From: a virus
IMG/VR virus record: IMGVR_UViG_3300008255_000002
Length of the DNA: 64,000 bases
Direction: 5' to 3' (one strand)
Position 1 is the stretch's first letter. The number at the start of each line of letters is the position of its first letter. The position numbers and the translations under genes were made by a program. This document shows, one piece after another, positions 1-8,688 of this stretch. Below the pieces are notes generated by a model. The model was given only the letters and a program-made list of their open reading frames with translations, was not told the origin of the DNA and ran no database searches.

Positions 1-54
1 GCTCCGCCTACAAGCACTTATAAGGTGCCCCCTGACACTTGCCAGCCATCCCGG
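1..54 (-). tRNA. Partial tRNA-like gene, anticodon UAU (nominally Ile/AUA), non-canonical D-arm, probable long variable arm; 3' half lies outside the window
   Basis: Minus strand reads CCGGGAT GG CTGGC-AAGT-GTCAG GG GGCAC-CTTATAA-GTGCT TGTAGGCGGAGC. It has a 7-nt CU-NNN-AA loop and lies directly downstream of the promoter at 65-92. The T-arm is not visible. Confidence 0.6.
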
Positions 55-64
55 TTACAACTAT

Positions 65-98
65 ACTATAGCAGAGTTTTCAGGATAGTCAAGAAAAA
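65..98 (-). promoter_or_regulatory. Early sigma70-type promoter P1
   Basis: TTGACT (92-87), 16 bp, TGc TATAGT (70-65). Confidence 0.85.
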
Positions 99-520
99 TC
101 CCACAAATTATGTTTTTCGTCTAGTGGCTTTTCGACCCATCCAAATTTACCATACCAATTAAAATCCTTATATAATAATCTTGCGCGATGATTACTATGT
201 AATTCCTCTAATCCAAACCATTTTGGGTATATAAACTCGCTAATGATACATAATTGTTCTTTTTTAGTTTTAATACCTCTATTTTCAACACATTCTAAAA
301 GAAGTATATTTCTATATAGGGTTAGAACCGCTCCACATTCGCGCCACATCTTACATACAGGATGATTAAATTGTGATTTTTTACCTCTTGTTAATGGAAG
401 TTGTTTTTCATTCATAAATTCTAAAATTTGATCACATTCCACAACCTGTTTAAATAATCTTTTTTTATCAAGCGTTCTTGCTACTTCATAAAAATTTGTA
501 TAAGGTAGAAAAACTTGCAT
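89..520 (-). CDS. Pyrimidine-dimer DNA glycosylase/endonuclease V-like protein (MSMEG_6728-type)
   Basis: MQVFLPY...LDKKRLFKQVVE...NHPVCKMW...HSNHRARLLYKD motifs. AAGGAG precedes the ATG at 520, so the ORF-track upstream extension is probably not real. Confidence 0.75.
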   Translation of the reverse strand: MQVFLPYTNFYEVARTLDKKRLFKQVVECDQILEFMNEKQLPLTRGKKSQFNHPVCKMWRECGAVLTLYRNILLLECVENRGIKTKKEQLCIISEFIYPKWFGLEELHSNHRARLLYKDFNWYGKFGWVEKPLDEKHNLWDFS

Positions 521-533
521 TTGTAAACTCCTT

Positions 534-676
534 AAAAAATCTCTGCTATATATTTCTACATAACAGAGATGCGCCAGGTTAATGTTTGGTTTAAGATACG
601 ACGCAATAAAGTATCTCTCCAAACGACCACACACAGATCATAGTTAGTATCACTCTGGCGTTACCTACTAACTACA
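534..676 (-). ncRNA. Structured leader or small RNA with pseudoknot and terminator-like hairpin
   Basis: Stems 674-666/649-641 and 624-619/589-584, crossing pairing 660-655/577-572, hairpin 570-539 followed by a T-run; located between P2 and the glycosylase SD. Confidence 0.55.
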
Positions 677-681
677 CTTAT

Positions 682-715
682 ACTATATCATGGTTTCTCG
701 GATGGTCAAGAAAAA
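682..715 (-). promoter_or_regulatory. Early promoter P2
   Basis: TTGACC, 16 bp, TGa TATAGT; AAAAATCC/GGATTTTT palindrome upstream. Confidence 0.85.
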
Positions 716-794
716 TCCTGGATTTTTTTCAGATTAAGTTATTCAGGTCTTGTTAAATATTCCGCAATAACAACAATAACAACGATCACGCTAA

Positions 795-1061
795 TTATAG
801 CTGTGTACATTTTTCCTCCTTAATACACTCTCTTAAATATTCCAATTTTGTAATAAAAATATCAATAGCTTTTTCGTTTTTAAATGTTAAAATGATAGGA
901 AATAGATTGTTGATATTTTCTTCAGATAAAGGTATTATAGTACCCAAAGAGAGTTGTTGATCTAATTTTTCAAAACTAATACCATAATTATTTTTATATT
1001 CGCAAACACCTATACCTATATTACCATCGCCAAAAATAATATTATGTTCGATTTTTGACAT
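795..1061 (-). CDS. Hypothetical protein
   Basis: 88-aa ORF with GGGGG upstream. Confidence 0.6.
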   Translation of the reverse strand: MSKIEHNIIFGDGNIGIGVCEYKNNYGISFEKLDQQLSLGTIIPLSEENINNLFPIILTFKNEKAIDIFITKLEYLRECIKEEKCTQL

Positions 1062-1183
1062 AATTACTTCACAAGCCCCCTAATTCTATTAATACGTTCA
1101 GTTGTGTAGAAATCCTGTTCAGATAGTAATCATTTCTTGTGTCGGGTAATCTTCTGGATCAAAATCATGCATATTTAAACCCT

Positions 1184-1888
1184 TCAAGAAAAAAAATCAG
1201 AGTAATTTTGGTTTAATCTACTAATAGAGTTTGAAATAATATTATTAACACGTCTGTTTCCACTATGCATTTCTATTGCTATAGATGTAACGCTTCTTTC
1301 TTTTACAAAATGTTCAATTAATATATTTGTATTTTGTTTTCCAATGATATTTTTGAGTTGTTCTACTAATTCTTCGTATCTATCATTATCATCGGTATTA
1401 AATTCATATTCATTATAATCATTATCTAAATTTTTAACTAAATCATAATGGTCTTGCATATACCTACTTTTAAAAAATGCAAAAATACTAAATTTAATAC
1501 ATCTTTTTGCAAAACTTTTAAAAGATTCAATATCATCAAAATCATCAGTATATTTCAATACACCTTCATACAAACCGAGTAAGGCAACCTGTTCAATATC
1601 ATCTTTATCATATAATTTTTTGTATTTATTAACAAAAGAAATATTTTTTGCCCATGTAATATACTTGTGAAAAATATCATTTTGTTGTTGATTTAAATTA
1701 GATGCTCTATTCTTTAATTTACAACTTTTGCATTTTGTATTATTGCCACCTTTAGCTAGTGATGAAAGACGTTTTTCTTCTTTCTTTCCGCAATCACAAA
1801 GACATTCATATATACTATTATTTTTTTCAATTTTACGTATAATTGTTAGTGTACCAAATCTTTTACCAACAATACTTTTATAACGCAT
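1184..1888 (-). CDS. Sigma-70-like protein (regions 2 and 4) fused to an N-terminal Cys-rich homing-endonuclease-type domain
   Basis: GKRFGTLTII...YECLCDCG...CKSC, then DKDDIEQVALLGLYEG...FKSFAKRCIK and a C-terminal HTH SVTSIAIEM...RRVNNIISNSISRL. Confidence 0.65.
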   Translation of the reverse strand: MRYKSIVGKRFGTLTIIRKIEKNNSIYECLCDCGKKEEKRLSSLAKGGNNTKCKSCKLKNRASNLNQQQNDIFHKYITWAKNISFVNKYKKLYDKDDIEQVALLGLYEGVLKYTDDFDDIESFKSFAKRCIKFSIFAFFKSRYMQDHYDLVKNLDNDYNEYEFNTDDNDRYEELVEQLKNIIGKQNTNILIEHFVKERSVTSIAIEMHSGNRRVNNIISNSISRLNQNYSDFFS

Positions 1889-1899
1889 TCTAAAACCTT

Positions 1900-2133
1900 T
1901 CAAGAAAATTTTTGAGATTTCGCTGCGATAATGTACGTAGCAACAATATACCTAAATGCATTAAAATCAGATTCATTATCAACTAAATATGCATACTCTA
2001 ACGATCCTTTATGTATAATCATTACTACATTTTTGCCTTTTGAAAATTCCTTGTGTGCCTTTTTCTCATCAACAATTTCCCCTTTAAATTCTTTTTTCTT
2101 GTCGAAATCATATTTTGTTTTAAGTAACTTCAT
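1900..2133 (-). CDS. Hypothetical protein
   Basis: 77-aa ORF in operon orientation. Confidence 0.5.
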   Translation of the reverse strand: MKLLKTKYDFDKKKEFKGEIVDEKKAHKEFSKGKNVVMIIHKGSLEYAYLVDNESDFNAFRYIVATYIIAAKSQKFS

Positions 2134-2254
2134 CTTCTATATCATCCGTCGCAGGTTTAATGATATTTGCAAAAAAAGTAGATAGCGGTACATCCCAACC
2201 AACAACAACGTCAATTGATGAATCGGGATGTTCTAATCTGTATCTAGGCATTTT

Positions 2255-2458
2255 TTACCTTTCTTCTGGGGATTGGGATTCTTGAACTTCTTCAGTGTTG
2301 ATAATATTTACTGTAGTATCATGATTCCAATTTTCATAATGAGTGATATTATATTCAAATTCCTTTTTTTCTTCTTTATTCTTATTTGTATAAACGAGCG
2401 CAAACAACCCCGCAACAAAGATAAAGATAAGCGTAATTTCTGTAATTTTACGAATCAT
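2255..2458 (-). CDS. Small membrane-anchored protein
   Basis: N-terminal hydrophobic helix ITLIFIFVAGLFALVY; GAAGGAG SD. Confidence 0.6.
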   Translation of the reverse strand: MIRKITEITLIFIFVAGLFALVYTNKNKEEKKEFEYNITHYENWNHDTTVNIINTEEVQESQSPEER

Positions 2459-2751
2459 TGTATCTCCTTCTCGTTAATGATCTTGTGATTGATGGTTTCT
2501 TTCTTACCGTCGTTCTTGATATGTGTAAATTTTCCATCTAGTAAAATATCACCAATTTTATATTTTGGGTTATGTGGTGGCGTTCCTTGGTGAATTTGTA
2601 CGTTGTATCCTAACCGAGATAACACCTTGCCCTGTAAAATATTATCCGGTTCTACAAGAAGAATTTTTCCTTTTTCCTTTAGGAGAAGTTCAGCAACCTC
2701 ACACTGAGGGATAGTATACCTAGATTCATTGCGAGATTCAATAAGACGCAT
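2455..2751 (-). CDS. Hypothetical protein
   Basis: 98 aa; ATGA overlap with the next gene. Confidence 0.55.
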   Translation of the reverse strand: MRLIESRNESRYTIPQCEVAELLLKEKGKILLVEPDNILQGKVLSRLGYNVQIHQGTPPHNPKYKIGDILLDGKFTHIKNDGKKETINHKIINEKEIQ

Positions 2752-2763
2752 GGCGATAGACTT

Positions 2764-4047
2764 TTAATTAAGGTTTAATTTCTTTGTTCTAATATATTCC
2801 GAGGTTAGATATTTCAAGAAATGTTCATCAGAGCCACCATACGTTTCAACTTCTTCTGTTTCTGTATTTTCTTCTTTTTCCCAAGTCATCAATCTATCTT
2901 TTTGATATGATCCATCAAGCAATCTATCTCGCCCGGCTAGAAAACCTATAATAATACGTGGATCTCTAACATTTAATTCTTGTGCAAATTCAACAGCCGG
3001 ATCAATCCATTTTTCATTACCTCCATTCTCATCAATTTCCCTAACCAATATCTTTTTAATCAATGGATAATCTGGCGATTCTACAATCATTTTACTAGTT
3101 GTACGTGATGCAATTGCTCCATCTAACATATTGTCAAATTTACGTTTATTATTAGCTGCAAAAATTACCATTGACAATACTTCAACACGTCCAGACCTTT
3201 TTGCTTGTGCGGTATTCTTTTCAAACATTCCTCTCTTATCCATGATTCCTAGAAATGGATTCATGTTATTTTCTGGCGCTTTATCAGGTTCTTCAATAAA
3301 GAATAGTGGCGCAAATCCTACTTCTTTCAAATCGTGAAGAATCTTTTTCTCAAAACCTGCTTTTGTTGTCATATTTGCAGACAATTCTAATACAGAGCCA
3401 TTGGGGAGGTTTTCCGCAAGAGTTCTTAATAGTGTAGTTTTTCCACAACCCGGAGGTCCATACATCAAGATATGTTCGCGGGACTTACCTGATGTTTCCA
3501 TTGCTCTTGCAATATTTCCTGATAGGATTCTAATATGCGCCCCCATATTATAAATCCCCTTAAACCACTTATGATTTTCAATCTCTTCATCTGTACTATT
3601 TGTTAGTTTAATAAACTCATCAAAACATTCAGTTGAAAACTCATCCCAATCTAATGCTTCCGCATAAGGAATCCATATATCTGAATCTTCTACTGATTCA
3701 GCTTCAGGAAGTTTTGATGGATCAATAAACTCCTTACTTTGATTTGTGGTCCATTTGTAATTTCCCCAAGCTGAATCAGTGCAATACTTATTGATAACTC
3801 CTTCGATCTTAGAAGTTATCTTATTGTCGATATTTTTATCTGATCTTACTTCAATTTTTACAGTTAGAACCCATTGACCGCTTTCATTTTGTTTAGGGGA
3901 ATGAATACGTTCCGCAGCCACAATAAATTGATTGTTAAGAAGTTCTCCAATTTTTTGTTCCCATCTTGATACATATGAAGATACCTTATTATCATTATTT
4001 TTAGAGTTATTAACTCTTTGAATAAACATATGATAAACAGTTGACAT
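2764..4047 (-). CDS. AAA+ ATPase (RuvB-like core) with N-terminal extension
   Basis: Walker A GPPGCGKT, Walker B-like LFFIEEPDK, FAANN sensor, AIASR Arg finger. Confidence 0.8.
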   Translation of the reverse strand: MSTVYHMFIQRVNNSKNNDNKVSSYVSRWEQKIGELLNNQFIVAAERIHSPKQNESGQWVLTVKIEVRSDKNIDNKITSKIEGVINKYCTDSAWGNYKWTTNQSKEFIDPSKLPEAESVEDSDIWIPYAEALDWDEFSTECFDEFIKLTNSTDEEIENHKWFKGIYNMGAHIRILSGNIARAMETSGKSREHILMYGPPGCGKTTLLRTLAENLPNGSVLELSANMTTKAGFEKKILHDLKEVGFAPLFFIEEPDKAPENNMNPFLGIMDKRGMFEKNTAQAKRSGRVEVLSMVIFAANNKRKFDNMLDGAIASRTTSKMIVESPDYPLIKKILVREIDENGGNEKWIDPAVEFAQELNVRDPRIIIGFLAGRDRLLDGSYQKDRLMTWEKEENTETEEVETYGGSDEHFLKYLTSEYIRTKKLNLN

Positions 4048-4379
4048 TATACCTTCTTTCTATTTTTTCTTCTTTCGGCTAATCCAAGCTTAAAAGCCTT
4101 ATTACTTACACTAGAAATAGGTCTGTTTAATCTATTAGCCAATTCACCCAAAGAGATTTGCTTATTTTTCTTTTTCTCCCAAAGAAGAATTAAAGTGTTT
4201 TCTTCTTTATCGGTCCATTTTTCTCTTCCGGGTTTTCCGGTTGTTTCAACTATATTTTTCCCTGTATGAATGTTGATGATATGTCTGATAAGATCAGTTG
4301 TATTCATATAGGAATCTTTTGCAATTTTACGGAGAACGACATTTTCCGTTTCTTCGATATCTATTGTATATCTCGCCAT
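4047..4379 (-). CDS. Small DNA-binding protein (HTH)
   Basis: WTDKEENTL...LGELANRLNRPISSVSNKAFKLGL. Confidence 0.6.
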   Translation of the reverse strand: MARYTIDIEETENVVLRKIAKDSYMNTTDLIRHIINIHTGKNIVETTGKPGREKWTDKEENTLILLWEKKKNKQISLGELANRLNRPISSVSNKAFKLGLAERRKNRKKV

Positions 4380-4457
4380 TGTGAGATCCTTTTTTCATAG
4401 TGAATATTTCGCCCTATTTCAGTTATATACCTAGATTGCAAGAGGGCAATAATAAAA

Positions 4458-4784
4458 CTATGATTTTTCTAAATTTTTCTTGAAGCCATATTTAACCAAT
4501 TTCAGGCATTCTAAGGAATACTCGTGGTTCTGGATTTGTATAGATATAATAGAGTATTTACCCTTTTGGTTAACAGTGTAATATTTATAAGTAATGTTAT
4601 ACTTATTATATTTAAAATCAACCAACTTATCAATATCTGTAAATAGAATTGATCCGCAACACTTAACAACATTCCATTTATCTCCTTCTTTTTCAAGTGT
4701 ATATTTGCCAATTCTCTTAATACATACGTTGTATAAACTTGTATCAACTTCGTTGTTGAGCTTGAACAATGTAGTTATCCCCAT
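4458..4784 (-). CDS. Hypothetical protein
   Basis: 108-aa ORF overlapping the upstream gene. Confidence 0.45.
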   Translation of the reverse strand: MGITTLFKLNNEVDTSLYNVCIKRIGKYTLEKEGDKWNVVKCCGSILFTDIDKLVDFKYNKYNITYKYYTVNQKGKYSIISIQIQNHEYSLECLKLVKYGFKKNLEKS

Positions 4785-5274
4785 ATTTTATTGAGATGAT
4801 GCCTCTAAAGTTTGGTTTTCCATTTACATAAATATTCCTATATCTTATAGGCTTTTCCGTTCCCTGTTTGGTTGATGGTTTGCGACTTTTCATGAATGGT
4901 TGTAATACTACCTTATCAATAGGTTCATTGTCAAGATAGTATTGTTCTGAAATTCTTTTGTGTTCGATAACCCTAAGAGCAAATTCGCCAGTATTTCTAT
5001 TTTCTACTAATGCGTTTTCTACAAAATCCGCCCATCGATGATGCTCAACGATAAAATCCGTTTCTTTATTTTCTCTCTCTCTTTGTCTATTTACGCTTGC
5101 TTCATAATCCATACCAAGAGAACAGTTAATAGTAATTACTTTCTTAATTCTACCATAATAAGGATTATTAGTTTTCTTTAAATCTGGATCAATTTCGGCG
5201 GTTAATGTAATAATTGCTGCTTTAGGGAGAGAACGAATACCATTCAACAATTGTTCTTTCGTGATAATCATCAT
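4744..5274 (-). CDS. Conserved phage hypothetical protein
   Basis: KKTNNPYYG...YEASVNRQRERE motif, recognised as typical of large-phage early genes. Confidence 0.65.
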   Translation of the reverse strand: MMIITKEQLLNGIRSLPKAAIITLTAEIDPDLKKTNNPYYGRIKKVITINCSLGMDYEASVNRQRERENKETDFIVEHHRWADFVENALVENRNTGEFALRVIEHKRISEQYYLDNEPIDKVVLQPFMKSRKPSTKQGTEKPIRYRNIYVNGKPNFRGIISIKYGDNYIVQAQQRS

Positions 5275-5540
5275 GTTCCCTTCTTTGATTTTTGAATAAT
5301 TAGATTTGTTAATTGATTAATGCTTGTACGGGTTAGGATAACCTTATCATTATATTTGCTTTTAGCTTTTTTGATTAGGGAATGCGGCGAATGCCTTGGA
5401 ATCAAAATATAATCAATACTCATTGTGCTTGATAATTCATTTTTCTTTTTTATATGGATTAACTCAACATTATTATGAATCTTAGATTTCAATATATTAA
5501 ATTGATCTGGTAACAACTGACAGACGGCTATCTTAATCAT
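5271..5540 (-). CDS. Hypothetical protein (Rossmann-like alpha/beta)
   Basis: GGGAGA SD before the ATG at 5540; first gene after P4. Confidence 0.6.
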   Translation of the reverse strand: MIKIAVCQLLPDQFNILKSKIHNNVELIHIKKKNELSSTMSIDYILIPRHSPHSLIKKAKSKYNDKVILTRTSINQLTNLIIQKSKKGT

Positions 5541-5566
5541 TGTGGTTTCTCCCTTCATCTAATTAG

Positions 5567-5600
5567 AGTATACCATAAGATTACTGGTAGTCAAGAAAAA
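5567..5600 (-). promoter_or_regulatory. Early promoter P4
   Basis: TTGACT, 16 bp, TGg TATACT. Confidence 0.85.
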
Positions 5601-5602
5601 TT

Positions 5603-5836
5603 TCAGAACCACCTTAAAAAATCTTGCCAATCTGTAGGTTCTCTAATCTTTAATTCGTTAATTGCTTCATTGTAAAATGTTCTGGCACAATTGATAGTGT
5701 CTGCACCAATATATCCAAATTTATATTTGATATAACCCCTTAATCCAAGGTATTTCTTTTTATAAAAATTAATTTCTTTCGCAAGTTCTTTATTATTTAG
5801 TGTGCAAATATATGATTGATACATTAGTATCTCCAT
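5603..5836 (-). CDS. Hypothetical protein
   Basis: 77-aa ORF. Confidence 0.5.
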   Translation of the reverse strand: MEILMYQSYICTLNNKELAKEINFYKKKYLGLRGYIKYKFGYIGADTINCARTFYNEAINELKIREPTDWQDFLRWF

Positions 5837-6342
5837 CTGATAATGTCGCTATTTTTATCTACAATAAAGTTGTGTTGATTCAGGTGTTGTTCAATAACTC
5901 TCTTATCATACTCTTTGAGTTTATTTTTATACATAAAACCTTTAACATAATACATTTTATTATTCTCTGCATTCATTACATCATTAGATAATTTTTCAAG
6001 TAAATCTTTATGTCTTGTATATTTTATATTTTTGATATTTTTAATTGTGTTGCTATATGTATGATCGACCATAGATTCGATATATTGTTCTAGATCATTT
6101 TTAATAAAATTCTTATCGTCATAAAAAATAATATAAATTAGTTGATTAGTTCTCCTTTCTATAACTTCTCCAATATATTTCTTTTCAATATTTGGATAAA
6201 TTAGTCTATTATTAACGTGAATAGGAAAGTTTTTTGTACGAGCAGAAAAAATATTATCAGAAACGCGAAGATCAAATTTTTCATGCTTTACGATTTCTCC
6301 TGCAACACCTTTTCGACGTAAATCATTTTCCCAGGTCAACAT
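5824..6342 (-). CDS. Hypothetical protein
   Basis: 172 aa; AAGGAG SD. Confidence 0.65.
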   Translation of the reverse strand: MLTWENDLRRKGVAGEIVKHEKFDLRVSDNIFSARTKNFPIHVNNRLIYPNIEKKYIGEVIERRTNQLIYIIFYDDKNFIKNDLEQYIESMVDHTYSNTIKNIKNIKYTRHKDLLEKLSNDVMNAENNKMYYVKGFMYKNKLKEYDKRVIEQHLNQHNFIVDKNSDIIRWRY

Positions 6343-6352
6343 ATTATTCTCC

Positions 6353-6685
6353 TTAACTATTATTATAATTACTGATATTAATAACTGTGTCTTTTGCTGT
6401 TGGTTGACCCTTTAGATTAATCACACTAATAGGTCCAATTTTCATACCTGTAGTATAATCAACAGGAACAGCAATATAAATAGATTTTTCCAATTTTGTT
6501 TCGTTAATCTTTGTTATATGACAAGAGTTAATAATACGAATAGATGGAACAAAGAAAGTAAGTAAAGTGTTTCTAGTATTAGTCCATACCTGATTGGTAT
6601 TATCCCAATACAATTCTTTTTCTGTATCGAAAAGTAAAATACCAACACTATCAATATTCGACGAAACCTCTGAGATAATAAACAT
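6353..6685 (-). CDS. Hypothetical protein
   Basis: 110 aa; AGGGG SD. Confidence 0.6.
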   Translation of the reverse strand: MFIISEVSSNIDSVGILLFDTEKELYWDNTNQVWTNTRNTLLTFFVPSIRIINSCHITKINETKLEKSIYIAVPVDYTTGMKIGPISVINLKGQPTAKDTVINISNYNNS

Positions 6686-6950
6686 GTTGTTCCCCTAGAT
6701 TAAAGAATTGGTTTTTTACATTATCCTTATCATATTCATAAACTAACATAATGTCTTGATCATCCGTTAATTCTGTATAATACTCCAAAACAAAAGATTC
6801 ATCAGTTCCAAGATAGAATCCGTTTTCATTTTTATGTACTTTTCCCACTTGTGTATCGATAGTTGATTTTACACCACCATAAATTAAATATGCTCCAATC
6901 TCTTTATTGAAGGCTACAACTTTAAATCCGTATGGCATTATACACCCCAT
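6651..6950 (-). CDS. Hypothetical protein
   Basis: 99-aa ORF. Confidence 0.5.
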   Translation of the reverse strand: MGCIMPYGFKVVAFNKEIGAYLIYGGVKSTIDTQVGKVHKNENGFYLGTDESFVLEYYTELTDDQDIMLVYEYDKDNVKNQFFNLGEQHVYYLRGFVEY

Positions 6951-7009
6951 AACATAGAATTTGTCTCAATTCTTTTGATAATCCATTTACTCTATCTCCT
7001 ATTTTAAAA

Positions 7010-7279
7010 TCAAAGTCCAAAGAATTCTTCATCATTAACAACCTCATCTGAGAGAAGAAATCCTAATACCACATCGTGAAATATATTATCTAGTGTGTCA
7101 ACGACAAATAATCCTTCTTTTTCGATTCTATCGATTTGTGTAAGATCCGCCGCACTCAAATCATATACAATATTGTTTTTTACAAATAGCCATCCTTTCA
7201 GTTGTTGAAATCCTTTTTCATTAAGGGGTTGTATCGATAATGATAACTGTTGTTCGCTATAATCTTCATCGAAATTCAT
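7010..7279 (-). CDS. Hypothetical protein
   Basis: 89 aa; YDLSAADLTQIDRIE segment. Confidence 0.6.
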   Translation of the reverse strand: MNFDEDYSEQQLSLSIQPLNEKGFQQLKGWLFVKNNIVYDLSAADLTQIDRIEKEGLFVVDTLDNIFHDVVLGFLLSDEVVNDEEFFGL

Positions 7280-7496
7280 AATTATGCCACCATTTCTTGA
7301 TATTGATAGATAACAAAGTTTGTAGATTGTTTTGTGATATAATCCATAATCTCTTTGTCATCACTTGTATTTTCAAAAATCATTACTTCATAAAACCCCC
7401 TATCTAAACCCATGAATCCAAATGATATTTCTTTACTTACAAGCGTTTTGATAAGTAAAAGAGCTTTTGTTTTGTTTGGGTTTTCATTGATTCTCC

Positions 7497-7841
7497 TTAA
7501 TCCAAGTTATTCTTCTTAATCCAATAAACAAGCTTATCAACAACATTTTCCGGGGTAGATGTATACGTTCTAATCTTTTCACATTTCCACACTGCTATCA
7601 TAACAAGCGTTACGTTTTTGTCTTTTTCATCATAAAAACGCTTTTCATTTTCAGGAACAATATAAACCTTGAAATATTTTGAATTCTCAAAGATATTATT
7701 CCTCCAATACTTTTTATTATTAAATGATCCCGCAATAAAAACATTTGACATAATGTCGTCGCTACACCTAATTCGTAGGTATAGCAACAATCCATCTAGC
7801 TTTTGTCGCGCCAGTTTTTCAATTTTATCCATTCGTGGCAT
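7497..7841 (-). CDS. Hypothetical protein
   Basis: 114 aa; GGGGAG SD; first gene after P5. Confidence 0.7.
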   Translation of the reverse strand: MPRMDKIEKLARQKLDGLLLYLRIRCSDDIMSNVFIAGSFNNKKYWRNNIFENSKYFKVYIVPENEKRFYDEKDKNVTLVMIAVWKCEKIRTYTSTPENVVDKLVYWIKKNNLD

Positions 7842-7882
7842 TGTGATACTCCCCTTAAAGGAATGGTTTTTTCTTACTCTCT

Positions 7883-7917
7883 ATTATACCGCGCGAATCA
7901 TCTGTTTCAAGAAAAAA
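7883..7917 (-). promoter_or_regulatory. Early promoter P5
   Basis: TTGAAA, 16 bp, TATAAT. Confidence 0.8.
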
Positions 7918-7940
7918 TTGGAAAAAGTAGTGATTGGGGT

Positions 7941-8438
7941 TTACATATATTTTTCCATCTCATCCTTAAATACTTCATACGCTTCATCAAAATCATCACC
8001 TTCATACATGTTATCTGATCCATCATCCAATTTATATTTACTCTTAGGGAGGAAATCCTTTTGTACACTTTTATTAAAACATGTATAACCAGTCTTAGCG
8101 TCAACATACTCATTCTTATATACAAACATCCCAATCATTGCGCTGAATGACTTTCCGCATCCAGCACCTGCAGGCATAAAAATATGCTTACTTTTAGATA
8201 AGACATCATTAAAAAATGATCTCTGCTGATCCGTGGTTAGTTCAGAATTAATTACTTCATCAATTTTATGATTCATGAAACCGGCTTGAAACTCATTACT
8301 TGATATGATGTTGATATCTTCTTTCTTTTTATATTGAACTATATTCTTACATCCGTTTTTGTAGTTTGAACATCCCCAAAATTGTCCATATTTACCATTA
8401 CGCAAAACCATATGCGCCCCGCATTTACGGCATTCCAT
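7941..8438 (-). pseudogene. Topoisomerase-type C4 zinc finger fused to a truncated SF1 (UvrD-like) helicase N-terminus
   Basis: CRKCGAHMVLRNGKYGQFWGCSNY...C, then LTTDQQR, Walker A AGAGCGKS and motif Ia CFNKSV, followed by an unrelated short acidic tail. Confidence 0.65.
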
Positions 8439-8514
8439 GTTAATGTCGCCTTCTGTTGAATTGTGGTGCGTCATGTAAGTCGTGGGTTTTAATCGCACCA
8501 ATTTACCCAATTCC

Positions 8515-8556
8515 AGGATAACATGAAATCCCCGATAGTCAAGAAAATTTTTTCTT
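8515..8556 (-). promoter_or_regulatory. Early promoter P6
   Basis: TTGACT, 16 bp, TGt TATCCT; AAGAAAA-TT-TTTTCTT palindrome overlapping the -35 and extending upstream. Confidence 0.8.
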
Positions 8557-8688
8557 AGGGAGAGGAAATAATAATTTTAATGTCGTTATAAGTGCGTCCG
8601 TGCCTAGAGAGATTTAAATATAAACAAATAAAAAATACACTATACTATTTCGAGTATGATGTCTATATGTTGTAATATCTACATATTG

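Noticed and set aside
4421-4458. Additional early promoter (TTGCCC...TATAAC)
   Set aside because: The position is plausible, but there is no TAnnnT at the expected spacing, so it was not counted.
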